From an uncultured Alphaproteobacteria bacterium (lineage in GTDB: Bacteria; Pseudomonadota; Alphaproteobacteria; Methylaequorales; Methylaequoraceae): a stretch of DNA of 64,000 bases. The first letter of the stretch is position 1. Every line of letters begins with the position of its first letter. A model generated the notes under the pieces. The model saw only the letters and a list, made by a program, of their open reading frames with translations, made no database searches and was not told the DNA's origin. Shown here one piece after another: positions 57,461 to 64,000 of the stretch. Location: contig CABYVV010000005.1 of assembly GCA_902522465.1 (NCBI GenBank), positions 26,361 through 90,360 on the forward strand. The letters are read 5' to 3'. A program made the translations under genes and the position numbers.

Positions 57461-58356
57461 TTTTTTTCAACTATCAATTGTGCTAGTATTCCAAAACTAA
57501 TTAACTGTACACCAAGAAAAATTAACACAATTACAAGGTTTGAGTTTTCAATTGGCTTTGTTGATAATCCCAAAAAGAAATTATAAATTTGAAAAAATGA
57601 TATCATTATTGCAAGAAATAAAAATAAAAGCCCCGTTAGTCCAAAAACTTTCATCGGCTTTATCCCAACTAATACCATTAATAACTGGTAAATAACTTTA
57701 AATGGATACTTAAGACTTACAAAAGAATCTCCTGATTCGCGCAGGTTAAAGCTAACATCAACATGAGCAAACCTCATTTGTTTATGATATGCATCAAGTA
57801 AAATTTGTTGTGTATAATTATAATCTCCCGGTATTCTAAAAATATCCAAATAATTTTTATTAACTGCAAATATCCCTGGCTGGCTGTCTTTTAGATCCCA
57901 GTTGGTTAATTTCTTCATTAATCCGGTAAATAATTTATTACCTATTCTTCTGATAAAAGGCATTGTATATGATATTTTTTTAAAACGATTTCCATATACA
58001 ATATCTGAATAATTTCCAAGCAAAGGTTCTATAATTTTATTTATATCTTTGGCACTATGTTGCAAATCTGCATCAAATTTAACTACAAAGTCTGAGCCTC
58101 TTTCTTTGGCAATATTTAACCCAGTTCTGACAGCAGCTCCAAGTCCAAGGTTTGTATTGTGAGAAACTAAAATAATTTTCTTAAATTTCTTTAACTTTTT
58201 ATAAGATTGATCATTAGATCCATCATTTATAACAATTATTTCAGGAGTGATCTTTTTTTTTTTTAATGAAGGAAAGATTTCTATGACAGAATCAATGGTT
58301 TTTATAATTGTTTTTTCTTCATTAAAGACAGGGATAATTATTGAAATTTTTTTCAT
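57457..58356 (-). CDS. GT2 polyprenol-phosphate glycosyltransferase (DPM1/GtrB-like)
   Basis: IIPVFNEE, INDGSND, DADLQH and two C-terminal TM segments. Confidence 0.9.
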   Translation of the reverse strand: MKKISIIIPVFNEEKTIIKTIDSVIEIFPSLKKKKITPEIIVINDGSNDQSYKKLKKFKKIILVSHNTNLGLGAAVRTGLNIAKERGSDFVVKFDADLQHSAKDINKIIEPLLGNYSDIVYGNRFKKISYTMPFIRRIGNKLFTGLMKKLTNWDLKDSQPGIFAVNKNYLDIFRIPGDYNYTQQILLDAYHKQMRFAHVDVSFNLRESGDSFVSLKYPFKVIYQLLMVLVGIKPMKVFGLTGLLFLFLAIMISFFQIYNFFLGLSTKPIENSNLVIVLIFLGVQLISFGILAQLIVEKK

Positions 58357-58404
58357 AAAATCATGTTATCATAAGAAGACCACTATTAACTATTTGTAAA
58401 CCAA

Positions 58405-58640
58405 TTTTTAATTATCTTTGCAAGATATTGTAAATCCAATGGTTTATCCCTGGAATACAAAAACCTTTGTGGTTAAATACTGTTATTTGATTATCTTTAG
58501 CAATCTTTAACATTGATACTTTTAAATATATTTGATCATCATCAGAAAGATAATCAAAGACTTATCTTAAACGAAGAAACCACCAGAAATCAAATTATTT
58601 TTTCTTCATTAAAAGGACGTAATTATTTTAATTTTTCAAT
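58405..58640 (-). pseudogene. Decayed C-terminal remnant of glucose-1-phosphate cytidylyltransferase (rfbF-like)
   Basis: Across frames the region reads ISGGFFV* / VFDYLSDDDQ...KIAKDNQITVFNHKGF / DKPLDLQYL, matching the RfbF C-terminal motif order with stops and frameshifts. Confidence 0.7.
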
Positions 58641-58648
58641 AAAAGGAT

Positions 58649-59428
58649 TTAATCATGACTTTTAATTTTGTTTATTTTTGTTATGGTTTCAACAAACCAT
58701 GCTTTCGTTGGGAAACAAGGTCTTCTTTTATTATAATTCGATAACTTTAAATTAAAAAATTTAATTAAAAACTTATTTAATAAATTTCCACTATAACTAA
58801 GATTAAATTTTTTGAATTCTTGCTTTTTTTTTTTATCAAATTCAGCCTCAACAATTGTATGACTCCAATTTTTATAAACATCTAATTCATTATCATACAG
58901 TAATTTTGAAATCTCTTTATCTTTGGTTAATCCTGGTTTCATGATTTTAGCATTACTAAAACCGCAGCTACCTAGTATTTTTTTTAAAGTGTATTCATTA
59001 TGAAGATAATAATGGTCATGATATAAAACTTGAGTGATAAAAGTTTCGACATAGTTGTTGTTGGGTAAATCTGGAAGTATCTCGTCAAATTTTAAATGTT
59101 TTTTTTTTTTATAATCATTAATCATTTTATCAAAATCCGGTACGACAGATCTTACTATCCCTCCATGTTTTAATATTCTTGCACATTCCAAAAAATGATT
59201 TACTAACTCTCTATATGTTAGATGTTCAATTGTACCCCTAGACCATATAAAATCTACATTATTATCTTCAAGAGGTATATGGTGAGTCATATCACATAAA
59301 AAATCGGGTGGATTTGGGTGTTTATTTTTAAGAATATTTATGTCAGTGTGGATAAATCCATCAAGTCTATGATTTCCACAGCCTACATATAAACGTGTTT
59401 TTTTTTTATTTCGATTATTTACCATCAT
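58649..59428 (-). CDS. Class I SAM-dependent methyltransferase
   Basis: LYVGCG, HTDI, IEHL and RILKHGG...VPDF motifs. Confidence 0.8.
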   Translation of the reverse strand: MMVNNRNKKKTRLYVGCGNHRLDGFIHTDINILKNKHPNPPDFLCDMTHHIPLEDNNVDFIWSRGTIEHLTYRELVNHFLECARILKHGGIVRSVVPDFDKMINDYKKKKHLKFDEILPDLPNNNYVETFITQVLYHDHYYLHNEYTLKKILGSCGFSNAKIMKPGLTKDKEISKLLYDNELDVYKNWSHTIVEAEFDKKKKQEFKKFNLSYSGNLLNKFLIKFFNLKLSNYNKRRPCFPTKAWFVETITKINKIKSHD

Positions 59429-59469
59429 ATAGTTATACTAGTCTGTCAAATTAATTCAATTTTGAGATA

Positions 59470-60588
59470 TTAGTTTTTTCTCTTAAACGATTTTTTTATA
59501 TTTTCAATTACATACTCAATTTCAATTTCAGTGTGATGAGGTGATATTGGAAGACTTATAATAGTTTTACTTATTTGCTCTGTAAGACGTAAATCAAACT
59601 TATTTAAATTTAATTCTTTATAACATTTTTGTTTATGAGGAGGAATTGGATAATGGATTAACGTTTGGATATTTTTTTCTTTTAAAAATGCTTGAAATTT
59701 ATCTCTATTCCTTAATCTTATAACAAATAAATGCCAAGAATGTTTACAATAGCTTTCCTCTGTAGGAAGAGTCAAATCTAAGCTTTTAAGTTCATTAATA
59801 TATATGCCTGCAATTTTTTTTCTTTTTTTATTCCATTTATTCAATTTTTTTAGTTTCTCAATTAAAAAAGCAGCTTGTATAGTATCAAGCCTATTATTAA
59901 AACCCTTGAAAGAATTGTAATATTTTACGTTTGAACCATAATTTCTTAGGCAACTAATTTTTTGGGCTAATTTATTGCTATTAGTTGTAATTGCGCCAGC
60001 ATCACCCATTGCTCCCAAATTTTTTCCGGGATAAAAAGACCAACAAACTATATCTCCATGCGAACCAATATCTATTTTATTATATTTTGATCCATGAGCC
60101 TGAGCAGCATCTATAATAATTTTAAGGTTATATTTTTTAGCTATAATTAATACTTTTTCTATATCAACTACATGTCCATAAAGATAAACTAACATTATGG
60201 CTTTTGTTTTTTTTGTAATTCTATTTTCAATTTTTTTTATATCCATATTGTACGTTTTTGAATTAGGTTCAACTGGAACAGGCATTGCGTTACAATGAGA
60301 TATTGCTAACCAAGAAGCTATGTAAGTATTTGACGGAACTATAACCTCATCATCAACTCCAATATTTAATGCTTTTAATGCAAGCATAAGAGCATCTAAA
60401 CCGGACGAAACTCCCACGCAATAATTTGATCTAGAGTATTTAGCAAATTTATTTTCAAAGTCTTCAAGAATTTTTCCTCCTATAAAGAAACCAGAATTTA
60501 TTGTTTTTTCGAGGGATATTTGTACTTCTTTATTTAATTCCACCCAACCTTCTTTAATCTTAGAAAACTGAACTTTCATTTTATACAA
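59470..60588 (-). CDS. DegT/DnrJ family sugar aminotransferase (FdtB/QdtB-like)
   Basis: SGLDALML, DAAQAHG, SFYPGKNLGAMGDAG and IHYPIPPH motifs. Confidence 0.92.
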   Translation of the reverse strand: MYKMKVQFSKIKEGWVELNKEVQISLEKTINSGFFIGGKILEDFENKFAKYSRSNYCVGVSSGLDALMLALKALNIGVDDEVIVPSNTYIASWLAISHCNAMPVPVEPNSKTYNMDIKKIENRITKKTKAIMLVYLYGHVVDIEKVLIIAKKYNLKIIIDAAQAHGSKYNKIDIGSHGDIVCWSFYPGKNLGAMGDAGAITTNSNKLAQKISCLRNYGSNVKYYNSFKGFNNRLDTIQAAFLIEKLKKLNKWNKKRKKIAGIYINELKSLDLTLPTEESYCKHSWHLFVIRLRNRDKFQAFLKEKNIQTLIHYPIPPHKQKCYKELNLNKFDLRLTEQISKTIISLPISPHHTEIEIEYVIENIKKSFKRKN

Positions 60589-61429
60589 AATCCTTTGTGA
60601 TTATTTCCAATTTATTAGTAATTATTCCCAATCCATAATCCTTATTGGTAAGAATGAGAAAAAAATTCTTTGTTTTTTTGTTTTTCAAAATTTGAACATT
60701 GTCTTTTAAGTCAGTATTTAAATATTTGTCATAGAAAGTATCTAGCATAAAGTTATCCGAACCCATCCTAAAAATTCTCAAGCATCCTTTAATTTTGTCC
60801 AATATATTTTTATACCTCATGTATTTTATTTCATTAATAATTAGATCGGCAGTGGTTAATGAACCAACTTTAATTCCATGATTTGCGTCCAAGAATTCTT
60901 CAATAGCTGACATCACACCCTGTTTTTTTGAATTCTGAAACTCACTAGGAATATTTCTTATGTCACAATATTGATCTTTCCTTGACCATTTTCCGTAGAC
61001 ATCATTCAATATTATACAGTAATTATCTGCTAGATTCTTTTTTAATGATTCCAACTCATTTTTAACAGTAAAATAATTATGATCCCCATCTATGATTACT
61101 ACTTCAAATTTTTTTTTTTCTTTTTTAAGATAATTTAGACTAAGTTCTTTTTTTACAGTCCAGAGATTTTGAAATTTTTTATTTATTCTCCCTGAGAGAA
61201 ATCTAGGGTTAATACATCCATAATCGTTGTGTGCAGCTTTATATTTTTCAGGGATATTACCACTCCAGCCCATCGGTTCAACAGAGGTCAGATTTGAATT
61301 ATTTTTCGAGCACCATTTTAAAATCTCTATGGTTGTAGCGCCTTCGTAAACTCCAATTTCTAGAATGTTTTTACAATTGTAAGACTTTAAAATCTTTTCA
61401 ATATAATTACTAAATAATTTATGCATCAT
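60581..61429 (-). CDS. SAM-dependent methyltransferase (Methyltransf_24-like)
   Basis: LEIGVYEGATT, IDGDHNYFTV and GVMSAIEEF motifs. Confidence 0.8.
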   Translation of the reverse strand: MMHKLFSNYIEKILKSYNCKNILEIGVYEGATTIEILKWCSKNNSNLTSVEPMGWSGNIPEKYKAAHNDYGCINPRFLSGRINKKFQNLWTVKKELSLNYLKKEKKKFEVVIIDGDHNYFTVKNELESLKKNLADNYCIILNDVYGKWSRKDQYCDIRNIPSEFQNSKKQGVMSAIEEFLDANHGIKVGSLTTADLIINEIKYMRYKNILDKIKGCLRIFRMGSDNFMLDTFYDKYLNTDLKDNVQILKNKKTKNFFLILTNKDYGLGIITNKLEIITKDFV

Positions 61430-61847
61430 TGTTTTTTTTTATTAATTTTTCATATGAATTAAAATCTCTTATATAATCATCCTCATTATACAAAGTTGAA
61501 GCAATAATTCCTAAGATACAATCATTAGAAAAGTTTTTCATCCAGTGCCAACACATTTTTGGTATTATAAGAGGTTTACTTTTAGCTGATAATTTGATTT
61601 TGTTTTTCTTTTTTTTTATTCCAAAAAAATAAAAGTCAAAATTTCCATTTAAGGTTAATAAACATTGAACTGTTTTTTTATGTGCGTGATATCCTCTTTC
61701 AATATTATTTGGAACATTACTTATAAAATAAATTCTTTTAAAGTTAAATATTTGAGTTGTTTTTTTCACCTCCAAGTATTTTAGAACTCCTCTGTTATCA
61801 GAAATTTTTTCTATATTAATAAAATAGGGTTTGTTATTATTTTTCAT
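61419..61847 (-). CDS. dTDP-4-keto-6-deoxyglucose 3,4-ketoisomerase (FdtA/QdtA cupin)
   Basis: DNRGVL, KRIYFI, RGYHAH and YNEDDYIRD motifs. Confidence 0.92.
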   Translation of the reverse strand: MKNNNKPYFINIEKISDNRGVLKYLEVKKTTQIFNFKRIYFISNVPNNIERGYHAHKKTVQCLLTLNGNFDFYFFGIKKKKNKIKLSAKSKPLIIPKMCWHWMKNFSNDCILGIIASTLYNEDDYIRDFNSYEKLIKKNNDA

Positions 61848-61878
61848 AAAAATTAGTTAGTTGAATACCATGCATAAA

Positions 61879-63033
61879 TTACTTATTCATCTTATATTTA
61901 ATAATTTTATTAAAAAACTTGGCATGACTTGCAACACAAGTATCCAATGAATAGTTTTTAAGTACAGATCTGTATGCAGATTGACCAATTTCTTTTCGAA
62001 GTTTTCTGCTTTTTATTAAATTTGAAAAAGCGTTAATAAATTTGTTTTTATCTCCAATATTATATACAAAACCATTTTTTGAATTTTTAATTATTTCTTT
62101 ATTTCCCCCAATATCTGAAACAATGATTGGTTTTTTTAATGCCATTGACTCTAAAATAGAATTTGACAAACTTTCATTCCTAATTGGTAATAAAGTCATG
62201 ATATTTGATGAAATTATATATTCAAAAACATTTTTTTGTGAACCTAATATTTTAAGTTCAATTCCCAAATTATTTTTTGATGCAAAATTTAACAGTTCCT
62301 CCTTTCTTCCAAGTTCATTACCAATAAAGAGAATTATTAATTTTTCTTTCTCCTGAGGTTTTAGCAAGCTCAATATTTCGATCAACTCTTTATGTCCTTT
62401 ATATGCAATAAGGTTGGCAACACAGGAAATTATTATTTTATTTTTAGGAATATTGAGACTTTTTCTTACCTTACAATCAATCTTCTGATGGTCAAATTTA
62501 TTGTTAATATGTATTCCATTTTTGATAAATTTAATTCTATCTTTTTCAACCTTCTCATCCATTAAGTCTCTTTTTACTGCACCACTATTAACCATATAGT
62601 AGTCGATATTTTTATCTATAATTCTCTCTAAGATAGAGACTATTAATTTATTCTTTTTATAATCATTCAGTCCTCTTCTAGAGCATATTCTAACTGATTT
62701 AGGATAAAAAAATGATAACATTCCGCCATATAAAAGTGATTGTGGAAGATAGTAATTAATAATATCTGGCTTCCAATACATTTCAAGTTTTGAAAGTCTA
62801 TAAATAAAAGAAGAAAGTTTGAAGATTTTATTAATAAAACCAATCTTAATTTGACTGTTATATTCTGAAATTTCTACAGATTTCTCTAATTCTTTTTTAA
62901 AAATACCTCCACTTGATATTAAACAAATTTTTATTTCAAATTCTAATTTAGATAACCTTGGGATTAAAAGCGAAAGTTGTCTCTCAGTGCCGCCTGCATT
63001 TAGTGAATCAATTATTATAAGAATTTTTTTCAT
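61879..63033 (-). CDS. Glycosyltransferase family 4
   Basis: GGTERQ, NLIAYKGH and ESLSNSILE motifs. Confidence 0.9.
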   Translation of the reverse strand: MKKILIIIDSLNAGGTERQLSLLIPRLSKLEFEIKICLISSGGIFKKELEKSVEISEYNSQIKIGFINKIFKLSSFIYRLSKLEMYWKPDIINYYLPQSLLYGGMLSFFYPKSVRICSRRGLNDYKKNKLIVSILERIIDKNIDYYMVNSGAVKRDLMDEKVEKDRIKFIKNGIHINNKFDHQKIDCKVRKSLNIPKNKIIISCVANLIAYKGHKELIEILSLLKPQEKEKLIILFIGNELGRKEELLNFASKNNLGIELKILGSQKNVFEYIISSNIMTLLPIRNESLSNSILESMALKKPIIVSDIGGNKEIIKNSKNGFVYNIGDKNKFINAFSNLIKSRKLRKEIGQSAYRSVLKNYSLDTCVASHAKFFNKIIKYKMNK

Positions 63034-64000
63034 TTTTTTAAAACGCTCTTTACGAAATAATTTTCGTATATATCTAAGACTTTTTCATTTATTGGGAAAA
63101 TCAAATTAGATTTGAAAGATTTAAGTTCTTTTAACGTTATTTTTTTTTCTTTATTACTTTTTTCAAGGCCACTTAATTCATGTAAAAGGTCATATTTTGA
63201 ATCAACGTACCAGTCTTTAAAAAAAGTATCATAAATTAGAGAATTAAATACAGTTTTCCTCAGATAAAAGGTTGGTTTTTTATCAAATAGGCTGTCAATT
63301 ACAACACTAGTTGCTGAAAAAATAGTTGCATCACAAAATTTTTGTAAGCTAAAAGAAGAATAACTCTCACACATGATAAAATTTTTATTTTTTAATAAGT
63401 AGTTAATGTGATCGGTTTGTCCTCTAGTGTGAGGTTTAAGAAAGATTCTTAATTTCTTATTATTACTAATATAGTTGATGGTTTCAAAAATTCTTTTTTG
63501 GTCTACTCCATGCTTCTCTTTAGTTAAAAACCATACTATATTTAATTTGTCATCGCAAAAAGACTTTTTTAGGAAATCAATTTGTTTCTTATAAATTTCC
63601 TCAAGTTTCTCTCTCCATTCTGCAGAAAATCTTACAGAACCAAGGGGAACTAATTGTGTTTTATTTATATTAAAATAATAACTTAAAGTTTTATGATTTT
63701 GATTGCTTATACATATGTATTTGTCTGCATTCACTTCTTTGTTTATTCCTACATTTTCCCTGTATGGATCAACTTCATCATCGTCGTAATGAATATTATT
63801 CCAGTTCTCAACAGCGTGTGGTACGGACAAAACTTTGACTCCCAAGCTTTTGAAAGTTTTTACAAAATGATTGATAACCATATCGTGTCCGTGGTCTATT
63901 ATTAATAGATCAGGTTCTTTATCTATTTTTTTATAAATATCAGATGGGGATATTTTAAGAATTTGATTTATAGTGATTTTTTCAATAAATTTTTTAAATT
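63030..64000 (-). CDS. GT-B-fold glycan biosynthesis protein (TagF/sialyltransferase-like), 5'-truncated by the window edge
   Basis: Frame stays open to the window end; VPHA, LGSVRF, LKPHTR and SATSVVID motifs. Confidence 0.55.
   Translation of the reverse strand, partial: FKKFIEKITINQILKISPSDIYKKIDKEPDLLIIDHGHDMVINHFVKTFKSLGVKVLSVPHAVENWNNIHYDDDEVDPYRENVGINKEVNADKYICISNQNHKTLSYYFNINKTQLVPLGSVRFSAEWREKLEEIYKKQIDFLKKSFCDDKLNIVWFLTKEKHGVDQKRIFETINYISNNKKLRIFLKPHTRGQTDHINYLLKNKNFIMCESYSSFSLQKFCDATIFSATSVVIDSLFDKKPTFYLRKTVFNSLIYDTFFKDWYVDSKYDLLHELSGLEKSNKEKKITLKELKSFKSNLIFPINEKVLDIYENYFVKSVLKK

Noticed and set aside
145..63905. Many short ORFs in the track that are antisense to or nested in larger genes (e.g. 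7265..7738, 11649..12050, 15850..16374, 30498..30779, 62042..62356)
   Set aside because: They are shadows of well-supported genes, with no motifs or RBS of their own.
1..64000. CRISPR array, rRNA, tRNA, IS element or integrase
   Set aside because: Intergenic gaps are short and AT-rich. I saw no regularly spaced repeats, cloverleaf-like GC stems or transposase/integrase motifs.

Overview
Very AT-rich bacterial DNA whose gene content (AmpG, LmdC-like M23 peptidase, ELM1/GtrOC1 protein, atypical PEP carboxylase, MlaF) suggests a streamlined marine alphaproteobacterium; the taxonomy is inferred. Three blocks are visible. (1) About 0.5-28 kb is a sigma54-controlled flagellar region: fleQ and fleT-like enhancer-binding proteins, fliEFGHIJKLMNOPQR-flhB, a MotF-like gene, a PomAB-type stator, rpoN, a lytic transglycosylase, an M23 peptidase and three bactofilins. 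Ten -24/-12 motifs, three FleQ-type palindromes and two IHF sites can be read directly from the sequence. Unexplained genes sit inside this block, notably a divergent ribosome-recycling-factor paralogue and an unannotated 56-aa sigma54-driven ORF. (2) About 28-46.5 kb holds housekeeping and accessory genes: an NHLP-leader-like protein, a Sel1 protein, a K+ channel lacking a normal start codon, PEPC, fpr, GST, ampG, lipid A-related genes, an egtB-egtD-lyase ergothioneine operon and acpS. (3) About 46.5-64 kb is a minus-strand surface-glycan cluster with a dTDP-3-amino-sugar pathway, GT2/flippase/GT-C genes, an AsnB-type amidotransferase, an SxtK-like peptide and a decayed rfbF remnant. No rRNA, tRNA, CRISPR array or IS element was recognised. 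All family assignments come from motif recognition by eye; no database searches were run.
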